NCBI GenBank assembly: GCA_964549735.1
Contig: CAZJWO010000001.1
Coordinates: 18,348-82,347 of the forward strand
Length of the DNA stretch: 64,000 nucleotides
Direction of reading: 5' to 3'
Source of the DNA: an uncultured Fibrobacteraceae bacterium
GTDB taxonomy: Bacteria; Krumholzibacteriota; Krumholzibacteriia; LZORAL124-64-63
Part shown: positions 1 to 13,060 of the stretch, in pieces
Position numbering within the stretch: the stretch's first letter is position 1
Layout: each line of letters opens with the position of its first letter
Notes under the pieces: model-generated
Database searches by the model: none
Told to the model about the DNA's origin: nothing
What the model saw: the letters and a program-made list of their open reading frames with translations, nothing else
Position numbers and translations under genes: made by a program

Positions 1-3450
<3,450 letters not shown>

Positions 3451-3669
3451 GCCTTGCGGCCCCCTTCGCTGCGCGGCCTGGCCCGCACCGTGTCGAACGT
3501 GCCGGAACCGTATCGCCGCAGGACGGGTCAGGCGACGCGGTCGTAAGCAGATTCGACCGCTAGCCGACGTCATTGAGCGCTACAAGGTAGGCTGGAACCG
3601 GCCGGGCCGCCCCGGGGGAATCCGGGTTCATCGCTGGGATCGATCCACTCGCCGGGCGGCACAGCCCGC

Positions 3670-5310
3670 TCACGGACGATGCCACCGGTCGGACGTCTCG
3701 GCGAGCAACGCATGGACGGACGTCCGCAGCTCTACCGTCGTCGCGGGCTTCAGGAGCGTAGCGCGGACGCCGGCCGAGGCGATGATTTCGGTCGACAGGT
3801 CTTCCGTCCAGCCGGTCATCAGCAGGATCGGCAGATCCGGACGGACGGCCAGGACGGCCTGCGCCAGAGTCAGGCCGTTCAGGCCCGGCATCGAGTAGTC
3901 GGTGATGAGGAGATCGCACGCGCCCGGGTCGGCGCTGATCGTGTCGAGGACGGCCTGGGGGTCGGTAAATCCCCGCGTCTGGTAACCGAACTGCTGCAGG
4001 CGCCGGATTCCGACCTCGACGAGTTCCGCGTGGTCATCGACGAAGAAGATCCGCTCGCCCCGGCCGACAGGAAGGGCGGCTTCCGGCGCCGCCTGGACCA
4101 ACGCTGGCGCTTCGACCTCGCCGGCCGGTATGAAGCAGCGCACGCGCGTCCCGCGCGCGACCTCCGAGTCGATCATCACCGTCCCGCCCAGGTCGCGCAG
4201 CAACGAACGGACCGTCGGTAGACCGAATCCGGTCCCCTTGTCGGCAGCCTTGGTGGTGAAGAACGGTTCGAAGGCACGTGCGAGCACCTCGGGCGTCATC
4301 CCGCTGCCGGTATCGGCGACTTCGAGCAGGGCATACAGTCCTTCGCGGAACTCCGGATTGTCGCGAACCGAGCTGTCCCGGGCGTAGAATGGCTGCAGAG
4401 AAATGCGGAGCGATTGCCGCTGGCGATCGCCGGCGCCGGCCATGGCCTGGGCCGCGTTGCTACCGAGGTTGGCCAGGATCAGATGGACGGCCGTGCTGTC
4501 GACGACGGCTCTGGGCGCTTCCGGCGACAGGTCGAGTTGAATGCCGATCGAACTCGGGATCGTCGAACGTAGCAAGGTCGCCGCCTCCTGGATTGGAATC
4601 GCCAGATCGGTCAAGCGCCGCTCGGACGACTGGCGGCGGGTGAACCGCAGGATGCTCGCGATGACCTGCCGGCCGCGCTCGGCGGCGGTGAGGATCTGAT
4701 CCGCGTCGCGGCGACTTTCCGGATCGATGCTACGCGCCTTGATGAGTTCGCCGTATCCAGTGATGGCTTCCAGGATGTTGTTGAAATCGTGCGCGACGCC
4801 GCCGGCAAGCATGCCGAGAGCCTCCAGCTTCTGGGTCTGGCGCAACTCCTCCATGAGTTGCCGGCGTTCAAGTTCGGCCGCCATGCGGGTGCTGACGTCG
4901 ACGATCGTGCTGACGCAGAACATCCCATCCGCCGTCGCGACGGGAGTCAGCCCGACCTCCACCGGGACCTCCGTGCCGTCTTTACGAAGTCCACGCAGGT
5001 CGCGACCAGCCCCCATGGCCCGCGCTTCCGGACGCGTCGCGAAATCGGCGCGATCGCTGGCGTGGCGTTCGCGATGCAGCAGCGGGACCAGGGTTTCGAC
5101 GGATCTGCCCAGCAATTCCTCCCGCGAATACCCGAACAGTCGCTCGACTTCGCGATTGAGGAGCACGATGATCCCGGCCGGATCCGTCATCAGGATACCG
5201 CAAGGCGCAGACTCGATCGCGGCTCTCAAACGCTGCTCGTTGTCCGATTCGTGCGCGTATGCCATGCGCAACCCTTCGTAATGGTGCGATCCCGACCATA
5301 TAGAAGACAA
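3670..5310 (-). CDS. PAS-domain hybrid sensor histidine kinase with a C-terminal receiver domain
   Basis: H-box GGVAHDFNNIL, HATPase motifs (ADTGSGM, GTGFGL), and a receiver domain (DLLITDYSMPGLNG). Codon bias is coherent. Confidence 0.85.
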   Translation of the reverse strand: MSSIWSGSHHYEGLRMAYAHESDNEQRLRAAIESAPCGILMTDPAGIIVLLNREVERLFGYSREELLGRSVETLVPLLHRERHASDRADFATRPEARAMGAGRDLRGLRKDGTEVPVEVGLTPVATADGMFCVSTIVDVSTRMAAELERRQLMEELRQTQKLEALGMLAGGVAHDFNNILEAITGYGELIKARSIDPESRRDADQILTAAERGRQVIASILRFTRRQSSERRLTDLAIPIQEAATLLRSTIPSSIGIQLDLSPEAPRAVVDSTAVHLILANLGSNAAQAMAGAGDRQRQSLRISLQPFYARDSSVRDNPEFREGLYALLEVADTGSGMTPEVLARAFEPFFTTKAADKGTGFGLPTVRSLLRDLGGTVMIDSEVARGTRVRCFIPAGEVEAPALVQAAPEAALPVGRGERIFFVDDHAELVEVGIRRLQQFGYQTRGFTDPQAVLDTISADPGACDLLITDYSMPGLNGLTLAQAVLAVRPDLPILLMTGWTEDLSTEIIASAGVRATLLKPATTVELRTSVHALLAETSDRWHRP

Positions 5311-5576
5311 AATCAGTATTGTTTACAATGTCAACTGCCGAATTCGACCTCAGATTGTCGAGAAAGGCGGGAGGTGTCGATAGGCCGCACGAATTCTACG
5401 GCGACCGGCGAGCGCGCCGTGATCGCCCCACCCGCCGGACCGCCGATCGCGAAGGCCCAGCACGGACTCGGAGCGGTCCGGCAGGGCGATCGCCAGGCCG
5501 CGGGCCCGCGCGAGCGGATCCTGGTCAGATCCGCGGCGATGCGATACCCTGTCCGCGAACCGGAAAGGGGTCGACC

Positions 5577-7736
5577 ATGAAGCAAGGACACATCGCGTTG
5601 GCCGCGGCATGGCTCGCGATCACGCTGCTGGCGCTCGCCGGGTGCGGCGCGCCGCAAACCGGCACGGACCCGACGCTCCAGGCGCTGGCTGCCAAGGGCC
5701 TGCGCGCCGAGACCATCGCCCTGACCGACATCGCGGCCGGTCGCGAGCCGCGCGACTTCGCGGCACGCGCCGGCGCGCCCTACCGGCCGAGTCGCAATCC
5801 CGACCCCGCGATCCCGGCCCAGTGCTGGATCGAGACCGGGTACGGCACCCAGAACGCCTGCCTGTACTGCCACACCGACTACCTGGCGGAGAGCGGCCAC
5901 GGCAACGCGCTGCGGCTCGCCGAAGACCAGATCCTCTACAGCTTCCCCGAGCCGGAGCTGAACCACATCCTGTGGCGCAACGTGATCGCGCCCGCGGAGA
6001 TCGACGCGCGCCTGGCGGCCGAAGGGGTCGCGCTGCCCGATCCCGCCGACACCGACTACGTGCGCCAGGACAACTGGACGGCGGCTTTCGCGCGCGCGCG
6101 CGTGGGCGGCGGCGCGGGCTGGTTGAACACGGCGCGCCCCGACGACGCGTTCGCGCTCTTTCCCGCGCTCGACCCGAACCATCTCTTCCCGTACCGCGCG
6201 CAGGACCCGACCGCCGGCGGCACGCGCGGATACGTCGATCCGGAGGGGTTCGTGCGTGACGAGACCGGCGGCCTGACGGGCTGGCGCGCGATCAACTTCT
6301 TCCCGTACGGGATCTTCACCCCGCTCAGCGGCAGCGTGAGCGGAATCTACATCCGCCTGCCGCAGGCCTTCCGGCAGGACGGCGGCGCCGAGAGCATCGA
6401 TATCTACAAGGCGAACCTCGACCTGCTCGAGCGCAACATCAAGAACCGCCCGTTCGTCGAGCGTTTCTACCTCGGCGACGCCGCGCAGGTGCCGGTGCAG
6501 CGGGGGTTCTATCCCGCCGGCACCGAGTTCGCCCATCCTCTGCACTACGTCGACCTGCGGGCCGACGGCGAGTCGGACGGCGCGCTCGACGGCGTGGCCG
6601 ACGCCGGCGCGCCGGCGTACGAGTTCCCGGGCACGCGCGCGAAGCGTCTGAAGGAGATGCGCTTCATGTACAAGTGGCACGACGTGACGCTCGCCGACCT
6701 CGCCGACCTCGCCGCGGACGGGGATGAGGACGCGGGCGACCAGCCCGAGGTCGTCAGGGGCCGCGAAGGCCAGGGCTGGGTCGACAACGGGGCGGGGTGG
6801 ATCCTGGCCGGCTTCATCGAGGACCGCGGCGGCGCCCTGCGCACGCAGACGACCGAGGAGCTGATGCAGTGCATCGGCTGCCACGGCGATGTCGGCAACA
6901 CGGTCGACGCCGTGTGGTCGTTCCAGCGCAAGCTGCCTGGCGACCTCGGCTGGCGGGAGATGGACTACGGCGGCTACGATTCGCGGCGCCCGCACGCCAC
7001 GCGCCTGCGCGACTACCGGCGCGCGGATGAAGAGCGGGCGGAGCTGGAGCTCTTCTACCACGCGGTCGTCGGCGCCGACCTCTACGGCGTGATGCCGCGC
7101 GAGATCGCAGCCGAGCTGGCGCGGCACGCGCGCGAGCACGACCTCGTACGCGGGCTCGGCCTGGCGCAGACGCTCGAGGCGATCTTCGACGACGAAGCGC
7201 TCAAGGACACCGCGACCGCCGAGCGCCGCGGGCGCCTGCTCGCGCGGCAGGCGATCATGCGCGACTACGCCGCCCGGCGCGCCTACCTCGCGCAAGATCC
7301 CGCCGACGGCGCCTGGTACGTCAAGGGAACCGTCTTCTATCCGGGCGAGGAGACGATGCGCGCCAACATCCATCTCTACCGCAAGATCGTCCTGGACCAG
7401 AGCTACAATCTGGGCAAGGACGTCTTCGGCAGCGAGGCCGGACACATCCCCTTCACCTTCCGCTCCGACGGCACGGCGCGCGACGCTGGCGGCAGCGTGA
7501 TCCCGGCCGGCGGCATCATCACGAGCCGACCCTACGGCGACGACGGCGTGGGGACCACGCCGACCGGGATCGTGGCGGTCGATGCCGAGGGGCAGCCGAT
7601 CGACGCGGCCGGCCACCCGGTCGATATCCAGGCACATCCCGAGCGCGCCGCCGGGCACCTCGCCACGGGAGGCACGTTCTTCACGCTCTACAACCCCATC
7701 CTGGGCGACGTGCCGGTGGCCAGGCCGACCGAGTGA
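5577..7736 (+). CDS. Diheme c-type cytochrome lipoprotein, function unknown
   Basis: RBS ggaaagggg precedes the ATG. Lipoprotein signal MKQGHIALAAAWLAITLLALAGC. Two CxxCH heme-binding motifs (CLYCH, CIGCH). The upstream 5319..5576 part of the track ORF is Arg-rich junk. Confidence 0.7.
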   Translation: MKQGHIALAAAWLAITLLALAGCGAPQTGTDPTLQALAAKGLRAETIALTDIAAGREPRDFAARAGAPYRPSRNPDPAIPAQCWIETGYGTQNACLYCHTDYLAESGHGNALRLAEDQILYSFPEPELNHILWRNVIAPAEIDARLAAEGVALPDPADTDYVRQDNWTAAFARARVGGGAGWLNTARPDDAFALFPALDPNHLFPYRAQDPTAGGTRGYVDPEGFVRDETGGLTGWRAINFFPYGIFTPLSGSVSGIYIRLPQAFRQDGGAESIDIYKANLDLLERNIKNRPFVERFYLGDAAQVPVQRGFYPAGTEFAHPLHYVDLRADGESDGALDGVADAGAPAYEFPGTRAKRLKEMRFMYKWHDVTLADLADLAADGDEDAGDQPEVVRGREGQGWVDNGAGWILAGFIEDRGGALRTQTTEELMQCIGCHGDVGNTVDAVWSFQRKLPGDLGWREMDYGGYDSRRPHATRLRDYRRADEERAELELFYHAVVGADLYGVMPREIAAELARHAREHDLVRGLGLAQTLEAIFDDEALKDTATAERRGRLLARQAIMRDYAARRAYLAQDPADGAWYVKGTVFYPGEETMRANIHLYRKIVLDQSYNLGKDVFGSEAGHIPFTFRSDGTARDAGGSVIPAGGIITSRPYGDDGVGTTPTGIVAVDAEGQPIDAAGHPVDIQAHPERAAGHLATGGTFFTLYNPILGDVPVARPTE

Positions 7737-7792
7737 CCGCGCGGAGCGGCCATGACGGACCGCTTCCGCCCTCGTAGCCAGGAGCGTCGTAC

Positions 7793-8971
7793 GTGTTCTC
7801 GCAGCGGACGGCCTGGACCAGGCAGCCGAACCCCCTCGCGGTCGCGACGGCGCGGCGTCGCGCCGCCCGGCTGCCGCTCGACGACCTCACCGCGAGCAAC
7901 CCCACCGCGTGCGGCCTGGCGTACCCGCTCGCGGACCTGCGCGAGGCCCTGGCCGCGGGCGCGAGCGCGCCCTACGCGCCCGAGCCCCGCGGCCTGCGCA
8001 GCGCGCGCGAGGCCCTGAGCGCGGCCTACGCCGCGCCCGGCGTCACGGTCGATCCGGACGACCTCTTCCTGACCGCCAGCACCAGCGAAGCCTACGCGCA
8101 GGCGCTGGCCGTGCTGTGCGATCCCGGCGACGAGGTCCTCGTGCCGGCGCCGAGCTATCCGCTCTTCGACTACCTGCTGCAGCTCGCGGGCGTGCGGCCG
8201 GTCGCCTATCCGCTCCGTTACGGCGGCGACTGGCAGATCGACCTCGCCGCCCTGCGCGCCGCGACGACCTCGCGCACCCGCGCGGTGATCGCCGTCGCGC
8301 CCCACAATCCGGCCGGGGTATACCTCGCGTCCGCGGAGCGCGACGCGCTCGCTTCGCTCTGCGCCGAGCGCGGCCTGGCGCTCGTGGTGGACGAGGTCTT
8401 CCGCGACTATCCGCACCGGTCCGGCGTCGCCGCGCCGCCGTCGACGGCGGGCGAGGACCGCTGCCTGACCTTCACGCTGAACGGGATCTCCAAGAGCCTC
8501 GGGCTGCCGCACTACAAGCTGGGCTGGATCGCGCTGAGCGGTCCGGCGGCGGCGCGGCGGGAGGCGGCGGCGCGCCTGGAGATCGTCGCCGACACGTACC
8601 TCTCCGCGGGCACGCCCGTGCAGGCGGCCCTGCCCGCGCTCCTGAGCATCGGTGCCGGGATCCGCGCGGCGATCCGGCGTCGCCTGCAGGCGACGCTGGC
8701 CGTGCTCGGGGACGCGACCGGCGGCGACTCGCCGCTGAGCCGCCTGCGCGCCGACGCCGGCTGGTCGGCGATCCTGCGGGTACCGGGCACCCGTCCAGAC
8801 GATGAGCTGGCCCTGGCGCTGGTCGAACGCCGCGGCGTGCTGGTGCATCCCGGCCATTTCTACGACCTGCCGCGCGACGGCCACGTCGTCGTGAGCCTGC
8901 TCGCCGAGCCGGAGACGCTCGCACGCGGGCTGGCAGCCCTGCAAGAGGAATGCGGCGGCATCGGCGGCTGA
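7793..8971 (+). CDS. PLP-dependent aminotransferase, class I/II
   Basis: GTG start with ggagcg RBS. Conserved Lys in the NGISKSLGLP motif. Alignable to the AlaC/aspartate-aminotransferase fold. Confidence 0.85.
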   Translation: MFSQRTAWTRQPNPLAVATARRRAARLPLDDLTASNPTACGLAYPLADLREALAAGASAPYAPEPRGLRSAREALSAAYAAPGVTVDPDDLFLTASTSEAYAQALAVLCDPGDEVLVPAPSYPLFDYLLQLAGVRPVAYPLRYGGDWQIDLAALRAATTSRTRAVIAVAPHNPAGVYLASAERDALASLCAERGLALVVDEVFRDYPHRSGVAAPPSTAGEDRCLTFTLNGISKSLGLPHYKLGWIALSGPAAARREAAARLEIVADTYLSAGTPVQAALPALLSIGAGIRAAIRRRLQATLAVLGDATGGDSPLSRLRADAGWSAILRVPGTRPDDELALALVERRGVLVHPGHFYDLPRDGHVVVSLLAEPETLARGLAALQEECGGIGG

Positions 8972-9195
8972 CCCGGGTCGCTCACGATGGGCCCGCAGCT
9001 GCAGGCGCAATGCCTGCCGTTCTACTCTCGCGCACGCCCGCCCGAGAGGCGGCCCACCAATCAGAGCGTTTCGGAAGCAATTTCGCCGGATCGACATGTA
9101 AATGAATTCGGCCTTCAAAAAGCACTCAAGTCAGCTGCCCGCCAGACGATTGTTAACGCGCCGACAGCTCCAGCCTCAACGCCCGAGGTGGTTTC

Positions 9196-11004
9196 ATGGC
9201 TTCTTCGCCCACGGTCCGCCGCCTGTCGCCGGTCATCGCCGTCGACCAGGAAAAATGCGTCAACTGCCATAGCTGCATCAGCGTCTGCCCGGTCAAGTTC
9301 TGCAACGACGCGTCGCGTGACCACGTCGCGCTCGATCATGACCGCTGCATCGGTTGCGGCGCCTGCCTGAAGGCCTGCACGCACGACGCGCGCATACCGC
9401 TCGACGACACGGACCGCTTCCTGCGCGACCTGGCGGCCGGCGAGCCGATGGTCGGCATCGCGGCACCGGGGGTGGCCGCCTCGTTCCCGGACCACTACCT
9501 GAACCTCAACGGCTGGCTGCGCAACCAGGGCATGCGCGCGGTCTTCGACGTCAGCTACGGCGCGGAGCTGACCGTGATCAGCTACCTCGAGCACATCAAG
9601 GCCAACAAGCCGGCCTGCGTCATCGCGCAGCCCTGCCCGGCGCTGGTGGCGTTCATCGAGCTCTACCAGCCGGATCTCCTGCCCTACCTGGCGCCGGCCG
9701 ACAGTCCGATGGTGCACACCATGAAGATGGTGCGCGAATACTACCCGCAATTCGCCGACTGCCGGTTCGCGGTGCTCAGTCCCTGCCTGGCCAAGAAGCG
9801 GGAGTACGAGGCCACCGGATTCGGCGATTACAACGTCACCTACCGCAACCTCGCGACCCGCCTGGCCGAACGCGGCGTGCGCCTCGCGAACCAGCCGCAC
9901 GTCGACTACGACAACCCGCCCGCCGAACGAGCGGTGCTATTCTCGACGCCCGGCGGCCTGCAACGCACGGCCGAACGTTGGGATCCCTCGCTGCGCGACG
10001 GGATCCGCAAGATCGAGGGTCCCCATGTCGTCTACGACTACTTGAAATCGCTGCCGGGCATGATCCACGCCGGCAAGGCGCCGCTGATCGTCGATTGCCT
10101 GAACTGCGATCTCGGCTGCAACGGCGGGCCCGGCACCCTGAATCAAGACCGCAGCCACGACGAGGTCGAAAGCATCATCGAGGCGCGCAACCGGCAGGCG
10201 CAGGCGCGATACCGCGAGCGCGGCCTGCTCGGGCGACGTGGCATCCGCGCGCTCGAGCGGTCGCTGCGAACCCGCTGGCGGCCTGGTCTCTACGGCCGGC
10301 GCTACGTCGACCGCAGCGCGACGGCGCGCCTCCGCGAACCGAGCCACGCCGAACGGCAGGCGATCTACCACGCGATGAAGAAGCGCGACCGGCGCGATGA
10401 GCTCGATTGCGCGGCCTGCGGCTACGGAACCTGCGCGCAGATGGCCACGGCCATCTACAACGGCTTGAATCGAGCCGATAACTGCCACCACTTCCAGAAA
10501 CGCACGATCGAGGAGCAGCGTGAACGGAGCACCGCACTGATCGAGACGATCCGCAGGTCTCTCGAAGAGATCCTCGGCAAGGTCCAGGCGCAGCAGCAGG
10601 ACTTCGCCGGCCTGGTGGGCGAGACCCGGGCCATGCAGCAGGTGACGGACCAGTTCAAACCGGTGGTCGACGCGATAACCGCGATCGCGCTGCAGACCAA
10701 CCTGCTGAGCCTGAATGCGTCGATCGAGGCCGTGCACGCCGGTGATGCGGGCGATGGTTTCGCGGTGGTCGCGCACGAGGTCAAGTCGCTGGCCGAGCGG
10801 TCACGGTCCGAAGCGCAACGGCTCGGCCCTTACGCGGAGCAGATCATCGCCGGTTTCTCGACCATCGCCAATCACGTCGAGCAGGCGTCCCGCGACCTGC
10901 AGGCGACGCTCGAACAGACGCTCAAGGCGCAGTCGGCGACGGTCAAGATCCTGGAGCAAAGCGCGGCGAACGCCCTCGAACCGGATTCCGTCGGGGTAGC
11001 GTGA
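9196..11004 (+). CDS. [FeFe]-hydrogenase-like sensory protein fused to an MCP signalling domain. N-terminus has 2x[4Fe-4S] ferredoxin motifs.
   Basis: Ferredoxin motifs [12 protein letters not shown] and [12 protein letters not shown]-cluster-like motifs QPCPALV (single Cys), SPCLAKKRE and [16 protein letters not shown]-terminal MCP signature [36 protein letters not shown]. Confidence 0.8.
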   Translation: MASSPTVRRLSPVIAVDQEKCVNCHSCISVCPVKFCNDASRDHVALDHDRCIGCGACLKACTHDARIPLDDTDRFLRDLAAGEPMVGIAAPGVAASFPDHYLNLNGWLRNQGMRAVFDVSYGAELTVISYLEHIKANKPACVIAQPCPALVAFIELYQPDLLPYLAPADSPMVHTMKMVREYYPQFADCRFAVLSPCLAKKREYEATGFGDYNVTYRNLATRLAERGVRLANQPHVDYDNPPAERAVLFSTPGGLQRTAERWDPSLRDGIRKIEGPHVVYDYLKSLPGMIHAGKAPLIVDCLNCDLGCNGGPGTLNQDRSHDEVESIIEARNRQAQARYRERGLLGRRGIRALERSLRTRWRPGLYGRRYVDRSATARLREPSHAERQAIYHAMKKRDRRDELDCAACGYGTCAQMATAIYNGLNRADNCHHFQKRTIEEQRERSTALIETIRRSLEEILGKVQAQQQDFAGLVGETRAMQQVTDQFKPVVDAITAIALQTNLLSLNASIEAVHAGDAGDGFAVVAHEVKSLAERSRSEAQRLGPYAEQIIAGFSTIANHVEQASRDLQATLEQTLKAQSATVKILEQSAANALEPDSVGVA

Positions 11005-11031
11005 TCGGCGGCACGGCCGCTCGCCGCCCGG

Positions 11032-11724
11032 TCAGAACGCGACCACCACGCCGACCCGCCAGAGCACGTAGTCGGTGTACGAGTCGTGCAGGTCGTAGAC
11101 GAGGCGATCGTCGACGACTCGCACGTCGCCCTCGGCGAGGTACTCGGCCCGACTACCCTTGACCAGCGTAGCGCCGAGATCGAGAAAGACGGGGTTGCCT
11201 TTGGCGCGCGCGATCCTGATGAGGACGCCGCCGCCGGCGCCCACCGCCAGCGCGGCGTCGTCCCAGTTGTTCGAGCCGGCGAACTCGACGCCGGTGTTCT
11301 CGGCGCTGACGCTGGTCTTGGTGTACAGGTAGTTGAGGCCGATGAACGCCTCGCCGTAGGGCCGCACGTCGCCCTGCCACGCTTGCAGGCGCAGCAGCAG
11401 CTGGCCGAGCACGAGGTTGTTGTCGCGGTCGAGCTTCACCCAGACGCCGGGGGTCGTCGGGCTGAGCGGCACCCGTTCGCTCTCGTGCCCGTAGATCATC
11501 CAGCCGGCGCGGAAGCCGAGCGCCAGCGGGCTCACGCGCCCGATCTGGACGAACGCCTCGCCCGAAAGACCGTACCCGTTGCGGCCGACCTGAGTGCCGA
11601 AGTCACCCCGCAGACCGGCGACATCGAAGTGACCGCCGGCCCAGCCGCGCTCGGCCACACAGGTCGGCGGGACGGCGGCGGCAGCGAGCAGGATTGCGAT
11701 CGAAACGGCAGGCCAGCGGCGCAT
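11032..11724 (-). CDS. Small beta-barrel outer membrane protein (OmpA-like TM / porin-family barrel)
   Basis: RBS ggaggg. Signal peptide MRRWPAVSIAILLAAAAVP. Alternating beta-strand pattern. C-terminal aromatic residue (…VVVAF). Confidence 0.7.
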   Translation of the reverse strand: MRRWPAVSIAILLAAAAVPPTCVAERGWAGGHFDVAGLRGDFGTQVGRNGYGLSGEAFVQIGRVSPLALGFRAGWMIYGHESERVPLSPTTPGVWVKLDRDNNLVLGQLLLRLQAWQGDVRPYGEAFIGLNYLYTKTSVSAENTGVEFAGSNNWDDAALAVGAGGGVLIRIARAKGNPVFLDLGATLVKGSRAEYLAEGDVRVVDDRLVYDLHDSYTDYVLWRVGVVVAF

Positions 11725-11796
11725 GGAACACCCTCCGTCGTTCAACGATGATCGCCGATTCCGCGGCGAATCTGGAGCCGGCGCGCGGACGTCCCG

Positions 11797-12747
11797 TCAT
11801 CGCGCCATCCAACGGAACCAGACGTACGAGACATATCCGGCCAGGAGGAGAGCTCCCTCCCATCGACCCACCGTGCGGTGGGACCAGAGCAAGGGGATCA
11901 ATAGGACAGCGAATCCAACCATCGTCCAGACATCCAGCTCGCCGACCCCAGGCGCCTTCAGCGGGCTCAAAACGGCTGTAAGGCCGAGAATTCCCAGTAG
12001 GTTGAAGATGTTGGACCCGATGACCGTCCCGACGGCGAGGTCCGAGTGTTTTCGGACCACAGCAACGACCGCTGTCGCGAGCTCGGGCATACTGGTTCCT
12101 CCGGCGACGATCGTCAGCCCGATGACCGCCTCGTCCACACCCAGCCGCCGGGCCATGGTCAGCGCGTTGTTCACGAGCAGATTCGAGCCCGCGACGAGCA
12201 GGCCGAGTCCGCCCGCGATCAGAAAGATATCGCGACCCAGCGACCTTGTTGAACGGGGGGTTCCGACGTCGAACTCCCGCTGCACGTCAGGCCCGATCCG
12301 GTTTCGCGCGCCGCGAAGGCTCAACGTCGTGTAGACGATCAGCATCAGAACGAACGACACGCCGCCGGGTCGCCCCAAGAAAGCGAACGTCAGCGCCAGG
12401 GCTGCCAGCAAAGAGACGCCCGCCATGATCGGCGCGTCCATCCTGACAAGAGCGGGCGCCACGCGCAACGGCTTCAGCAGTGCAGCAATCCCGAGGATGG
12501 CGCCGACATTGAAGATGTTCGAGCCGACCACGTTGCCGACCGCAACATCGCTGTGCCCCTTCATCGCGCCCATCAGACTCACGACGAGTTCGGGTGCGCT
12601 CGTACCGAAGGCGATGATCGTAAGGCCGACTGCGAGCGGCGAAACACCGAGCCGTCTCGCGAGCGACGCGCCGCCCTTGACCAAGGCCTCCGCGCCCGCA
12701 GTCAGAATCAACAGGCCGGCTGACAGGGCCCCGACAACGAGGAACAC
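11797..12747 (-). CDS. Na+/Ca2+ (CaCA/YrbG-type) cation antiporter
   Basis: Two alpha-repeat motifs (GNVVGSNIFN, GTVIGSNIFN) in a roughly 10-TM protein. Confidence 0.85.
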   Translation of the reverse strand: MFLVVGALSAGLLILTAGAEALVKGGASLARRLGVSPLAVGLTIIAFGTSAPELVVSLMGAMKGHSDVAVGNVVGSNIFNVGAILGIAALLKPLRVAPALVRMDAPIMAGVSLLAALALTFAFLGRPGGVSFVLMLIVYTTLSLRGARNRIGPDVQREFDVGTPRSTRSLGRDIFLIAGGLGLLVAGSNLLVNNALTMARRLGVDEAVIGLTIVAGGTSMPELATAVVAVVRKHSDLAVGTVIGSNIFNLLGILGLTAVLSPLKAPGVGELDVWTMVGFAVLLIPLLWSHRTVGRWEGALLLAGYVSYVWFRWMAR

Positions 12748-12841
12748 ATCCGCCCTCCGGGCGCGATGCCGCGCGCCCGCCGACGAAGAAACCGGGGTAC
12801 GCCGGCGGCCGAGGCCGCCGTGCTGCCGCGTCTTCCGAGCG

Positions 12842-13060
12842 CTAACGCCGGTGTTCGAGAACCGCGATCAGGACGAGTATCGCGACCGGCAGCACGAAAT
12901 ACAAGACCGCGAAACGTAGAGCGCTTTTCGTGGAGCCCCCGTGAGCACCAGTCGGCGTCGGACCTGTGCCGGCAGGTTGCGGACGCGTCGCGGGCTCGCG
13001 ATCGGGCGCGGCCGGAAGGCGGCTACCGAGAAGGTCGCGCGCAGACTTGCGGGTAAGCAT
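12842..13060 (-). CDS. Small basic protein with a C-terminal membrane anchor (72 aa), paralog 1 of the repeat-B module
   Basis: RBS ggaggtg sits 6 nt before the ATG. Product is MLTRKSARDLLGS…GGSTKSALRFAVLYFVLPVAILVLIAVLEHRR. Differences from the paralog at 36393..36587 are mostly synonymous (for example GSTKS/GSTKG: 3 of 4 changes are silent). A hairpin plus T-rich run follows the stop. Confidence 0.45.
   Translation of the reverse strand: MLTRKSARDLLGSRLPAAPDREPATRPQPAGTGPTPTGAHGGSTKSALRFAVLYFVLPVAILVLIAVLEHRR

Noticed and set aside
9003-9018. Sigma-54-like site AGGCGCAATGCCTGC upstream of the hydrogenase-MCP gene
   Set aside because: Only GGC…TGC with no CAC. Such matches are expected by chance at this GC content.
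7688-9118. 476-aa minus-strand ORF antisense to the aminotransferase
   Set aside because: Arg/Gly-rich composition. Fully overlapped by a well-supported PLP aminotransferase on the plus strand.
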